The position numbers were made by a program, and so were the translations under genes. Source: Escherichia phage vB_EcoM_fHy-Eco03. Taken from it: a DNA stretch of 57,011 bases. The notes under the pieces were generated by a model. The model did not search any database and was not told the DNA's origin. It saw only the letters and a program-made list of their open reading frames with translations. Below are positions 33,986 to 43,388 of this stretch, in pieces (position 1 is the stretch's first letter; each line of letters opens with the position of its first letter). Where the stretch lies: sequence record MW602648.1. One strand, given 5' to 3'.

Positions 33986-35953
33986 TTAATGGGCCTCATC
34001 CCAGTTATTTCCTATCTGAGCATCTGTCAGAACTGGTACGCGAAGCGGTAACACTGTTTCCATAACCCGAACAAAGTCTTTAAATCCTGACTTGGCGCTG
34101 TCAGTGTCCGGAATAGAGAAGTTTAATTCATCGTGCACGGTTAAACGAGGTACACCAATCTCGTCAAAGTAACCGTCCTCATAACCTTTCAGCATCGCAG
34201 CTTTCATCTGGTCTGCAGAAGAACCCTGCAGGACTCGGTTGATAGCTTTGTGGGTATCGGCTAGTTTAATATTGTAGCCGTACTCTTCTCGCGCTTTATC
34301 CAGCGGTAAAGGCATCTTACCAAATCCACCACGTTTTGGTACCCATTTATCAAACCAGGTTTTGCGCCCCATAAAGGTTTCAACATAACCCTGCGAGTAG
34401 CATAGCTCCTCATAGTATTTCATTGTCGCACCAATGAACGGGGCACCTTTGTGGTATGCTTCAAGTATTGGTTTAGCTTCGTCTGGAGTCATTGCCAGCT
34501 TACGGGCCAAAGCATTCAGCATCATGCCATAGAGCAAACCAAAGTTAATTGTCTTAGCCGGTTTACGCTCTATAATGTGACCTGAGGCTTCCTTGATAAT
34601 GTCGACCATAACATTGTGGTAATCTGCTTCCGGGTTAGCCGCGAAAATTGCTCGTAACTCATCAGCGCCTGGGCCGATTGCAAAATGCGCCATGAATCGA
34701 TATTCAATTTGGGCGTAGTCGGCGGAAGCCCATTTGTGTCCGTAGTCCGGTACGAAACAAGAACGAACGAGTGGTCCCAATATTTTGTGTCGAGACGGTA
34801 TATTCTGCAGATTAGGGTCAGATGAGCTAAACCGACCACTAACGGTGCCACCGTCATCACCGCGCATTTGATGGAATTGACCGTGAAGGAAGCCATTGTT
34901 ATTTAACCCCAGTATGTAACCACGAATAAACGTGGATTGTATTTTCTCAAAAGACTTAATCTCCGTAACTAACTGAGCGAACGGATGATGTAAGCCTGCC
35001 AGGAAGTCAGCACCAAAGGAAGGGTTACCTTTCTCTGTCTTGCCGTATTCCAGACCTAAATGGTCAAAAGCTAACGCCAGGTCACTGCCTGAGTTAACGT
35101 TTATGCTAAAGCCAAGTTGAGAACGAATCTCCTGATGCATTTTGGCAATTTCTTGGTCCAGCCTGTCATCAGCTTTCTTGGCAGCATCAAGGTCAACTCG
35201 TACACCTGCAAGACGCATCTTAATCATCAGCGGAATCAGCTTTGTCTCCATCATGAAGACGTCCATCAGCTTCCACTTATTAAGTTGCGCCCATTGTTTT
35301 TTCAGTACGTGGATTGGCAAGTCAGCATCTGACTCAGCGTAATAACCCACAAGACGAGGTGGTGTTTTGTAGATGTAGCCACGTGCCTCTCCGTTAGGTT
35401 TACAACCATATGCTTCTGCAATCCATTCGTACATTTCCGACGAGTCTTTACCTTCGCCTACATACTTTTGGCCCAGTCCTTCAAGTGCGACCCTTGCACC
35501 CGGATTGAGAAGAGCTTCGGCAAATTGAACGTCAAACGTGAGCCCTTGTACTTCAACCCCTTCTGCCTTAAGCCAGCCCAAATCGTATGTAATGTTAGCA
35601 CCGACTTTAACTTGCCCCGGTCTGCCGAGCTCACGCTTGAGCCATCCCAATACTTCATAAGCTGGCAGATTATCCTCTGCGCCGAGCTCATGTCTGATGG
35701 GATAGTAAGCCTTGAACCCGTTGTCAGTAGCGATACTAACTCCAACGATGTGACCTTCCCCTCTCGCCCAACCAGGACCAGCTGTGAGGAGGCCAGGGTC
35801 CCATGTCTCACAGTCAAGGCCAATAATCTTTGCCGATGATAAATCCGGGTAATGCGCGCGCGGCCGCCATCCAGTATCTCTGACGTAAGGGATAGGCCTG
35901 TGAATCGGTTTAACATTCTTAGCTCCTTCAAACTCGTCAAAAAGAAAACTCAT
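33986..35953 (-). CDS. DNA polymerase, family A, with 3'-5' exonuclease domain
   Basis: Exo I motif IIGLDCETWD; motif A DYAQIEYRFMAH; motif B RKPAKTINFGLLYGM; motif C VHDE. Confidence 0.9.
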   Translation of the reverse strand: MSFLFDEFEGAKNVKPIHRPIPYVRDTGWRPRAHYPDLSSAKIIGLDCETWDPGLLTAGPGWARGEGHIVGVSIATDNGFKAYYPIRHELGAEDNLPAYEVLGWLKRELGRPGQVKVGANITYDLGWLKAEGVEVQGLTFDVQFAEALLNPGARVALEGLGQKYVGEGKDSSEMYEWIAEAYGCKPNGEARGYIYKTPPRLVGYYAESDADLPIHVLKKQWAQLNKWKLMDVFMMETKLIPLMIKMRLAGVRVDLDAAKKADDRLDQEIAKMHQEIRSQLGFSINVNSGSDLALAFDHLGLEYGKTEKGNPSFGADFLAGLHHPFAQLVTEIKSFEKIQSTFIRGYILGLNNNGFLHGQFHQMRGDDGGTVSGRFSSSDPNLQNIPSRHKILGPLVRSCFVPDYGHKWASADYAQIEYRFMAHFAIGPGADELRAIFAANPEADYHNVMVDIIKEASGHIIERKPAKTINFGLLYGMMLNALARKLAMTPDEAKPILEAYHKGAPFIGATMKYYEELCYSQGYVETFMGRKTWFDKWVPKRGGFGKMPLPLDKAREEYGYNIKLADTHKAINRVLQGSSADQMKAAMLKGYEDGYFDEIGVPRLTVHDELNFSIPDTDSAKSGFKDFVRVMETVLPLRVPVLTDAQIGNNWDEAH

Positions 35954-35954
35954 C

Positions 35955-36947
35955 TTAATCCCTCATCAGCGACAAGATTACAGTACGCGCCTCATTCCAC
36001 ATCTTCAGCGTCCTGCTTCCTATACCGATGTTGGTCATGCCTTTAGATAACTTACTCATGTGGCTAATTGATACATTAAACGGTAGTGGAAACTTAGTTG
36101 ATTCAAACTTAATGTCAACTGTCATTTTAGGAATTAGCTTATCTGGTAAAGAAGAGCGGGCGTTACTCTCATCCAGTATCTCCAGAATAGCCTGACCTTC
36201 GTCATACCCTGTTAACTGTTCAAGCGTTTCATTAAGCTCTTTGGTGTATTCAAACTCTTTGTGCTCAATGGTAAAGAAGTTGTTTATATCAGGCCACTTA
36301 TCCGCAAGAGTAGGTGCATCCATACTCAAGCCATCTTCAAACCCGAAGTAGAGTTTGTCACGGAAGTAGGCGATACTTGTGGGCTCAGACTTCAGCTTAA
36401 CCAAAGTCTGCAGCATTGGTTTTGTGATTGCACACTCAAACTCAAAGTCAACGTTGAGGCGCTCACGAATCATATATTTACCGTCTGAGGCAAACGCATA
36501 ACCATTGCGTAAAAGTAAAGTTGTTGCCCATGCTTTTGGCGCCTGGTCTGGCACCCATTTGGCTAACGCAATAAGTGTAGGAAGTAACTGACCATGTGTT
36601 GAGTACCAGTTATTAATTTTGTGGTGGTCAGGTATTGGTTCGTTGAGAAGCTGCATGCGAGTCTTCAGACGGCCTGCAGTTATTGTTAGGTTACCTGCTG
36701 CTGTAATATTAAATACAATCTCTTCAGACTTGGCAGCATTAACGGCTTTACGGAATGATTCAGCATCAACCTGAAAGTCTTCAACACCTTCTACAGGTTT
36801 CCACAGTAAGACGTTTTTGTAGTAAGAATACATAACCCCGTCTATAACCCAAATCTTTGACATCAATCCCGAGTCTTCGTATTTGATAGGACGAACAGAT
36901 TGCACATCTGCCTGCATCTGTTTTGTATTAACTGTGAATTTGCCCAT
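35955..36947 (-). CDS. Hypothetical replication-associated protein (330 aa)
   Basis: ORF immediately upstream of the DNA polymerase. Weak flap-endonuclease-like patterns (WVIDG, IGIGSRT) are not convincing. Confidence 0.4.
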   Translation of the reverse strand: MGKFTVNTKQMQADVQSVRPIKYEDSGLMSKIWVIDGVMYSYYKNVLLWKPVEGVEDFQVDAESFRKAVNAAKSEEIVFNITAAGNLTITAGRLKTRMQLLNEPIPDHHKINNWYSTHGQLLPTLIALAKWVPDQAPKAWATTLLLRNGYAFASDGKYMIRERLNVDFEFECAITKPMLQTLVKLKSEPTSIAYFRDKLYFGFEDGLSMDAPTLADKWPDINNFFTIEHKEFEYTKELNETLEQLTGYDEGQAILEILDESNARSSLPDKLIPKMTVDIKFESTKFPLPFNVSISHMSKLSKGMTNIGIGSRTLKMWNEARTVILSLMRD

Positions 36948-36982
36948 ATAATAAAAGGGACCCGAAGGCCCCTCTCCTGAAG

Positions 36983-37912
36983 TTAAACGGCCATTTGAAC
37001 TTTGATGTTAGCCTGTGGCTTATACTCATCAATCATATCTTGCACATCGGCAACCTGGAAGTCTGTCAACGGAACGTCTTCAATTGACTTGATAGACGGA
37101 CGGTTATCAGATGCAGGGTCATGGCAATCATGGTCTTTGAACAGACGTTTGCGGAACTGTTCAACTGCGTCGAGTGAGTTATTATACAGGTGGTAATCAC
37201 CCAAAGTAAACAACAAATCACCTGGGCGTTTACCTGTCTGAGCGGCCAGCATGATGAGCAGCAACTGGTGCAGCAGAATGTCATGAGGCAGACCCAGCAG
37301 AACATCAGCAGAACGCATATGGAACATCAGGTCCAGCTCGTTCTTTTCGTTTACAAAACACTGGAAGCCATGATAGCAAGGCGGCAGTGCCATATCTGCA
37401 AACTCTTCAGGGTTCCATGCCGTTACATACATACGGCGGTCAGCAGGATTAGTCTTCAGCGTTTCAATCAAACGCTCCAGCTGAGTTGTATACTCAGGAA
37501 CCTGATAACCAACAGGGTCACCGTACGTTTGGCCTTCAACCTTTACGCCGCAGATAAAGGGTTTAACCCATTGGGCGCCATACACTGGTCCCAAATCCCG
37601 ATTGTCAGGAGTTCCCCATTTGGCATTGGCAGCTTGCAGATTAGCTTCCCACCAATTGCATCCATGCCGTTTAAGTTCATCCACGTTAGTAATTCCGTTA
37701 ATGAAGCAGTAAAGCTCAGCAGCCACGGCCTTAATATTAACGGGCTTGAATAGCGGCACCATGAGCTTATTGTGGGTAAACTTAAGTCGAGCGCTAAAAC
37801 CGAAGCTGCGCTTAGTACCAACACCAGTACGATCGTTACTGCTCTCTCCCCCGGCTGTGAGCTCATTGAATAGGGTCTCCATCACATCGTCAACAGTATT
37901 AAAGGTGCGCAT
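36983..37912 (-). CDS. Thymidylate synthase-family enzyme, probably cytosine-specific (dCMP hydroxymethylase or methyltransferase candidate)
   Basis: Hand-aligned to E. coli ThyA from memory: NDRTG, DLGPVYG.QW, catalytic PPC (ALPPCYH), R-S-x-D, GD.HLY and C-terminal ...MAV. The residue matching ThyA Asn177 (PFNIAS) is Asp (PHDILL). ATG at 37912 overlaps the MazG stop. Confidence 0.8.
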   Translation of the reverse strand: MRTFNTVDDVMETLFNELTAGGESSNDRTGVGTKRSFGFSARLKFTHNKLMVPLFKPVNIKAVAAELYCFINGITNVDELKRHGCNWWEANLQAANAKWGTPDNRDLGPVYGAQWVKPFICGVKVEGQTYGDPVGYQVPEYTTQLERLIETLKTNPADRRMYVTAWNPEEFADMALPPCYHGFQCFVNEKNELDLMFHMRSADVLLGLPHDILLHQLLLIMLAAQTGKRPGDLLFTLGDYHLYNNSLDAVEQFRKRLFKDHDCHDPASDNRPSIKSIEDVPLTDFQVADVQDMIDEYKPQANIKVQMAV

Positions 37913-38514
37913 TATACATCCATCTCCATTTGTCCGCCTTTGGTCTGGTGCCACTCGACCACTTTATGAATGTCAGGTGCTGTCCAGCCTTCTGGCTTAA
38001 CGATGTCCTGACATGATTTGTGTTTGCTATCGCTTGCATCAGGTTTAGCACGTTCTTTCGCCATGTTGGCTTTTTGTACTTCGTCCCATGCTTCATCGAA
38101 TGGCCAGTTGTTATTAGCACACCATACGAAGATGTGATTAACCAGGCTTGCAAGGTGCTTGCAGTGAGTTGCTTCATCGTCAGTAAAATAGGCACGAAGC
38201 TCTTTTGCATTGAAGCGGTTCATGAATGAACATGGCTCAATGCCAGGCTGTACAGGATAATCGAAGTCATTGGTAAACCAGTGAACTTCATCGTACAGAT
38301 ACAGTGTACCAACAGCGATATAAACTGTATCAACCAGTGCATCCAGGAATTTACCCTTGTCATTTTCGTCCAAAGCTTCCTGGATTTCGTCTAGCTCTTC
38401 TACCAGACGGTCGTAGCGAAGTTTGAATTCTGGTTTACCACCCATGCTAAGTGGCTTGAGGTCAAACTTATTATGGAAAGCGATAACATCGCTTGCAGCT
38501 TTACTGAAATGCAT
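37912..38514 (-). CDS. MazG-like nucleoside triphosphate pyrophosphohydrolase
   Basis: All-alpha NTP-PPase motif EELDEIQEA...D; coupled to the thymidylate-synthase-family gene. Confidence 0.55.
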   Translation of the reverse strand: MHFSKAASDVIAFHNKFDLKPLSMGGKPEFKLRYDRLVEELDEIQEALDENDKGKFLDALVDTVYIAVGTLYLYDEVHWFTNDFDYPVQPGIEPCSFMNRFNAKELRAYFTDDEATHCKHLASLVNHIFVWCANNNWPFDEAWDEVQKANMAKERAKPDASDSKHKSCQDIVKPEGWTAPDIHKVVEWHQTKGGQMEMDV

Positions 38515-38899
38515 TGCGGAACTCCTCGTTCATCATGTTGATATACTTGCGCTTAAGACTTAAACTTTTAATATTGCTTTCAATCATATTGCGGCGGCGT
38601 TCACGCTCTTCAGTAGTACCCACAAGAGGGTGGACGAAGAGGCCTGAACGGTTGATTGATTTTACGTATGGCATTTTGAATTTAATCTCAGCCACTGCCT
38701 TATCGAACTTGGCCGATACTTCGCGGGTAAAGAATACGGAGTTGAGCTCTTGTTCTACGATACGGGTATGGTGAACAACTTCTTCAAACAGGGAAGATGG
38801 CAGATAGTCAGGGTTTGTGCCGTGCGTAAAGATGAGTTGACCTTCCAGACGCAGTTTCCAGATGCGGTATAATGATTCGGATAATCTTTGGATATTCAT
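38501..38899 (-). CDS. Hypothetical protein (132 aa)
   Basis: ORF overlapping the MazG start. Confidence 0.4.
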   Translation of the reverse strand: MNIQRLSESLYRIWKLRLEGQLIFTHGTNPDYLPSSLFEEVVHHTRIVEQELNSVFFTREVSAKFDKAVAEIKFKMPYVKSINRSGLFVHPLVGTTEERERRRNMIESNIKSLSLKRKYINMMNEEFRNAFQ

Positions 38900-38960
38900 G
38901 CTTCGCTCCTCAAAAAGATAACTTATTATACTACACCACTCTCTATCAGTAAAGCACTTT

Positions 38961-39000
38961 TTTATAAAAAGAAAAAGGACCTGTGGTCAGCAGGTCCTTT
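38961..39000 (-). terminator. Rho-independent terminator (minus strand)
   Basis: 10-bp stem AAAGGACCTG / CAGGTCCTTT (38974..38983 / 38991..39000) followed on the minus strand by UUUUUCUUUUU. Confidence 0.7.
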
Positions 39001-39487
39001 TGGATGTCAACGTAACAAGGATGGTGTTGCATGATGTCCCGAAGCGCGAGCTGAAGACACTTGAGTTGACTCTAACGGGAAAGGAGAGCATTCACACTGT
39101 GAGTTGCCGAAAAACCCGAAAGAGCCAACTAAACTGTTTTCAGTGACCGCCCTTCAAGCAGATTCCAACCGGTGGTCCATGGTAGCGAAGCACGTTTTGC
39201 CGGTCATACAGAACGCCTGAATCCAACAGGCAAGGGCATTTACCTAATCTCGGTCAGCGAGCAGACTCGAACTGCATTAAGTGTGACGCTTCAGCGCCTG
39301 AGTTATTGTGGATAACCTGCCATCCCGCGAGGATGTCAAAAAGGAAATGCCAAAGCGCCACACTTAATGCTACATTCAACTGAGCACCCTCACAAAACCA
39401 ACGCACCAGGCATGATGAAAAGGAGATGTAAAGTAAGGATACTCATTGAATGCACCTCCGAAGAGGTGCGTTCGTGATCAGCGCCGA
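39001..39487 (-). ncRNA. Candidate structured noncoding RNA or cis-element (ORF-free region)
   Basis: About 490 bp with no ORF of 60 aa or more in any frame and only trivial short ORFs; bounded by a UUCG-tetraloop hairpin (39452..39469) and the terminator at 38961..39000; lies inside a densely coded leftward operon. Confidence 0.3.
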
Positions 39488-39964
39488 TTATTCTGCGTAG
39501 GTGTTTTCACCGTCAGTATCGGTAGAACCAGCGGCCAACTTAGCAGCTTCAGCTTTAGCAGCTTCTGCTTTCTGGCGAGCTTTTTCAGCACGCTCTTCAG
39601 CTTTTTTGATTTGCTCAGCAGCTTTCTGCTCAGCTTTTTCAGCTTTGATGCGTGCACGCTCTTCAGCTTTACGCTGTTTTTCAGCAGCTTTAGCAGCATC
39701 GCGTTCTGCTTTAGCTGTATCAACGCGCTTAGCCAGAACCTTACCAGTGGCTTTACGCCAGTAGGTCAGCTGAGAAGAAACGGTACCGCGCGACATTTCG
39801 GTCTCTTTGGTTACGACGTCCATCACATCGGAGCTTGACTTACCAGCTTCGTGAGCTTTGTCAGCCATGTCCCAAACGTAACGTGCACCAGTACCAGCTG
39901 CCGGGTACAGAACACCGTTTACTTCTTCTTTACCAGTTGCAAAAGTCAGTTTAGATTCGCTCAT
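39488..39964 (-). CDS. Lys/Ala/Glu-rich low-complexity protein (158 aa)
   Basis: C-terminal half is a charged A/K/E repeat (AKAERDAAKAAEKQRKAEERARIKAEKAEQKAAEQIKKAEERAEKARQKAEAAKAEAAK). Confidence 0.5.
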   Translation of the reverse strand: MSESKLTFATGKEEVNGVLYPAAGTGARYVWDMADKAHEAGKSSSDVMDVVTKETEMSRGTVSSQLTYWRKATGKVLAKRVDTAKAERDAAKAAEKQRKAEERARIKAEKAEQKAAEQIKKAEERAEKARQKAEAAKAEAAKLAAGSTDTDGENTYAE

Positions 39965-40074
39965 TTTAAATTCCTCTATTAGTCCGCAGGGCTATTAATT
40001 CGTCATCACGAGAGTAAGTATATAGCACTATAAGATTTATGTACACACCTTTTTTAAACTTTTTTCATACGCGT

Positions 40075-40296
40075 CTAAAAAGGCACTTTATAGTCAAAAG
40101 ATTTACATCCGGTTGCCTGAATGCTTGCCGGTGGCATCTTACCACCAGCCAGTGCACATCCGGCGTTTGTAAAATGAACACACTGCACACAGCTCATGTC
40201 ATGCAGGATATTAATAAGTTGCCGGCGTTCTTCCGACGACAGCATCTTAACACGTTCAACTACTGCTTCAAACTGTTCTCGGTTGCCCAAAGCCAT
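40075..40296 (-). CDS. Hypothetical small Cys-containing protein (73 aa)
   Basis: ORF between the helicase and the low-complexity gene; overlaps the helicase 3' end. Confidence 0.3.
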   Translation of the reverse strand: MALGNREQFEAVVERVKMLSSEERRQLINILHDMSCVQCVHFTNAGCALAGGKMPPASIQATGCKSFDYKVPF

Positions 40297-41941
40297 TCCC
40301 CCAGTCGTAGTTCATGATTTGTGGGTGAGGTCGCTTAATCCAAACCTTAATGGCTTTAGGTATTGCAAGCTCACCTTTACGGCGTATAAATTCGTCGCAA
40401 GTCTCTGGCGGTTGAGTACCTGCTGCATTCTTCCACCAGATGTCTGCTAATGTCTTAGAGTTACCATACGCTTCAACGTTAACCCAGGTCGTAAAAATCT
40501 CCATGTTAGAATAGTATATAACCTTGATGCTGTCAGGTCGCCCTGCTTTCTGGAATAAAGCATAGTTTACAAGAGTTACTTCTTTGTCTTCAACTCTTAA
40601 CTTGCCGTCAGTCATTACATCTTCATTAGATGCCTCGCCAGCGATAGCCGGACCATTAGTTTTGAATAAAAACTCATGCCCGCAAAGTCTGTTCTCTTCA
40701 GGCTTACTACCTTTTGCTGGATGCTTACAGAACTTAGCTGCAAATCCACTTACCTGATGGCACACAGGGCATTCTTTACCACCCGGGTTACTTCGCTTAA
40801 TACCACCTTTTTTCTTTTTACCGACTCGTGGCGGTATAGCAGGGTCATCAATTGGGCCTAAGTTAATTGTGTTGCTGGTAAAGTCCATAACTAAACAGTT
40901 TTCTTTGCCAGGTGCAACACGTAAACCACGGCCCAGAATCTGTACCCACAAAGCGACTGAATCTGACGGACGCAATATAACAAGCAGGTCAATCTCTGGA
41001 TAGTCAAAACCTGTTGTCAATACGTTTACGTTGACACAAACACGATACACACCTGCTTTATAATCAGCAAGTGCTTGCTCACGTTCTTTCTTGCCGAGGC
41101 CGCCGTGAATAACTACAGCTGACCAGCCTCTTATCTCAAACTCGGCTGCTATATTATACGCATGCTCAACACTTACGGCAAATGCTAACACATGCTTTCT
41201 GTCGTGACCATAAGCCATTACTTCGCGTATTGCTGCCGATGTTATATCTGCCTGGTCTGCAGCTTGTTCAAGCTCTGACTGTATGTAATCACCCATCCTT
41301 GTACCAACATTACTTGTGTCAATCTTAGTTGCCACTTTCTTGTTGACAAGACGAGACAAGAAGCCTTCGTTAACCAGTCGGCTAAATGAATCCGGAGTTG
41401 TCAGGTCATAACAGATGTCGGTAAAGATACCACAATCCAGTAAGTGACCGCCTGCAAGACGGTATGGCGTTGCAGTTAACCCGCTGACCTTCAGCTTAGG
41501 ATTAACTTCTTTAAAGTGCGCAATAACACGACGATAAGTTGTTTCAGATTTCTCAGGAACAAGATGGGCTTCGTCGATAAAGATAAGATTGAACTTACCG
41601 GCTTCTTCCAGGTTGTTTACAATAGACTGAATAGAAGCTACAACGATTCTGCCGCTAAAGTCTTTACGACCTACGCCAGACGAATAGATTGATAATGGTG
41701 CATGTGGCCAGTGTCGAACAATTGCTTTAGCATCTTGCTCAACCAGCTCTTTGACGTGTGTCAGAATAAGAATACGCTGACGAGGATATTGGGTAAGAAT
41801 ATCCTTCATCAACATACCAAGCACAGGTGACTTACCTGAACCGGTAGGCATAACTATTAATGGGTTGCCGCTATAAGAGTTGAAGTAACTCCACCAGGCA
41901 GCTACTGCTTCTTGTTGATACCAGCGAGCTTCAAAAGCCAT
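40268..41941 (-). CDS. SF2 DEAD/DEAH-box DNA helicase
   Basis: Motif I MPTGSGKS, motif II FIDEAHLV, motif VI ILGRGLR; C-terminal Cys cluster CPVCHQ...CKHP suggests a zinc ribbon. Confidence 0.8.
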   Translation of the reverse strand: MAFEARWYQQEAVAAWWSYFNSYSGNPLIVMPTGSGKSPVLGMLMKDILTQYPRQRILILTHVKELVEQDAKAIVRHWPHAPLSIYSSGVGRKDFSGRIVVASIQSIVNNLEEAGKFNLIFIDEAHLVPEKSETTYRRVIAHFKEVNPKLKVSGLTATPYRLAGGHLLDCGIFTDICYDLTTPDSFSRLVNEGFLSRLVNKKVATKIDTSNVGTRMGDYIQSELEQAADQADITSAAIREVMAYGHDRKHVLAFAVSVEHAYNIAAEFEIRGWSAVVIHGGLGKKEREQALADYKAGVYRVCVNVNVLTTGFDYPEIDLLVILRPSDSVALWVQILGRGLRVAPGKENCLVMDFTSNTINLGPIDDPAIPPRVGKKKKGGIKRSNPGGKECPVCHQVSGFAAKFCKHPAKGSKPEENRLCGHEFLFKTNGPAIAGEASNEDVMTDGKLRVEDKEVTLVNYALFQKAGRPDSIKVIYYSNMEIFTTWVNVEAYGNSKTLADIWWKNAAGTQPPETCDEFIRRKGELAIPKAIKVWIKRPHPQIMNYDWGNGFGQPRTV

Positions 41942-42004
41942 TGTTAACCTCTCTTCGTTTCTATGTGTCTATTATATCACTTCCATGTGATAAGGTACAC
42001 TCCT

Positions 42005-42877
42005 TTATAAAGAGAAGGCTACTGCTGGTCCATCATCCTTTCGTGGGTATACATCAGCCATTGTGTAATCCCCACAAGCTGCCATCTGAGTTGCGATGGT
42101 TTCGAGATTGTGTTCATGCTTGGTGCAGTACCACACCTTGCCGCTTACAGGTTTACTGTAGGCACAGGTACGGCAATTCCTGTCTGGTGCCGCTCCCTTG
42201 TTGCAGATGTGTGTAAACTCACACATACGGCATTCCCACCACAGCGGTGATTCACTGATGCGCGGCATATCCAAACCAGACTCTGCTTCAATAACACTCT
42301 TAGCCCGGTCAAGTATAATGTCTGCAGACAGATTATCACGGTGTACAATCTCTATGTACAGCTCATCCGTGTTCTTATTGATTGCCATGTACACACACTT
42401 ATTCAGATTGAGTAAGTGCATATATACTTGCATCTGGTCATAGTGCACGGGCTTACACTCTTTTACCTTATGCTTAGCAAACTCCTTAAACGATTTGTCT
42501 CCATGAGTTTTAAACTCCAACAGGAACCATTCATCGTCTATCTTCGCCACACCATCGCATGACCCTGAGAAGATACCGTTAAACGCTGACACTCGCCATT
42601 GTTTATTGGTCTTAGGGTTTACAGGATAAAGCTCCTGCGCAATTGGTTTAAGCCATTCGAGGAACCGTACTTCTTCCCGTGAACCTCGGTCAAACAATCG
42701 AAGCTGCTTGGCATTAAACTTTTCTTTGTACGACCAGTGCAGCACATGCCACAAATAACGATAGCACTTATTACCAATTTGTGACGCACCCAGGTGACCA
42801 CGTCGCTCCTCCTTCTCATGGGCTTCAACAATCTTAACATCAATTCGCTTCTTCAGCGTTTCGGCCGTAATACTCAT
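42005..42877 (-). CDS. Cas4/RecB-like PD-(D/E)xK exonuclease with Cys cluster
   Basis: One N-terminal Cys (KCYRYLWH) plus C-terminal CRMCEFTHIC...CRTC, the Cas4-type arrangement. Start placed at the internal ATG (42877) with AGGGG Shine-Dalgarno; the track ORF extends to 42925. Confidence 0.45.
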   Translation of the reverse strand: MSITAETLKKRIDVKIVEAHEKEERRGHLGASQIGNKCYRYLWHVLHWSYKEKFNAKQLRLFDRGSREEVRFLEWLKPIAQELYPVNPKTNKQWRVSAFNGIFSGSCDGVAKIDDEWFLLEFKTHGDKSFKEFAKHKVKECKPVHYDQMQVYMHLLNLNKCVYMAINKNTDELYIEIVHRDNLSADIILDRAKSVIEAESGLDMPRISESPLWWECRMCEFTHICNKGAAPDRNCRTCAYSKPVSGKVWYCTKHEHNLETIATQMAACGDYTMADVYPRKDDGPAVAFSL

Positions 42878-43388
42878 TATAGCCCCTGTTAGCAAACTGA
42901 CCATGCATTTGAATACGCATTTCATCCAGCCAGTTTATTAGTTTAGTCCTGTTGTCTTCTGTCGCCAACATTGTCTTGGTCTTGCGTTTGCCGTCCTTAG
43001 TAATGCTGGCAACATAATATGGTTTACCTTTTAGTGTTACTCTTGATAACCCTTTTACACCAGATGTGTTATTAAGATATATATTTGTGTTGCAACGGTT
43101 ATCGCTACGTGTTGCTGCTCTGACATATTTATTGTCCTCTCGCGTTAGACTCGGATGGTCAACTTCCGGTGGTTCATACCCAAACTGCATGAAGTAGATT
43201 ACACGATGTACAAGGCACTGTCTCCCTTTAATGCGCACTGTTTTGTAACCGTCTTTACGTAAAGAACCGGCTTCCGTGCCGGCTTTAACTTTATTATTGG
43301 CCCTGTTAATCTTGTTCATTAACCGGCCATCTTCAACATAGAACAGCTCTGACAACTCAGCTTGTGTAGCCGGAATCGGCACAAACAT
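42840..43388 (-). CDS. HNH homing endonuclease
   Basis: GYKTVRIKGRQCLVHRVIY...EVDH...NRCNT pattern typical of phage HNH homing endonucleases; overlaps the neighbouring genes. Confidence 0.55.
   Translation of the reverse strand: MFVPIPATQAELSELFYVEDGRLMNKINRANNKVKAGTEAGSLRKDGYKTVRIKGRQCLVHRVIYFMQFGYEPPEVDHPSLTREDNKYVRAATRSDNRCNTNIYLNNTSGVKGLSRVTLKGKPYYVASITKDGKRKTKTMLATEDNRTKLINWLDEMRIQMHGQFANRGYNEYYGRNAEEAN

Noticed and set aside
35955-36947. Possible 5'-3' flap endonuclease upstream of the DNA polymerase
   Set aside because: Only weak, mis-spaced resemblances (WVIDG; IGIGSRT) to FEN motifs; left as hypothetical.
39264-39272. T-loop-like GTTCGAGTC on the minus strand inside the ORF-free region, a possible tRNA
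   Set aside because: The flanking sequence does not form a 5-bp T-stem plus a 7-bp acceptor stem with a complementary 5' strand, and no D- or anticodon-arm arrangement could be built by eye. Not called as tRNA; tRNAscan-SE would be decisive.
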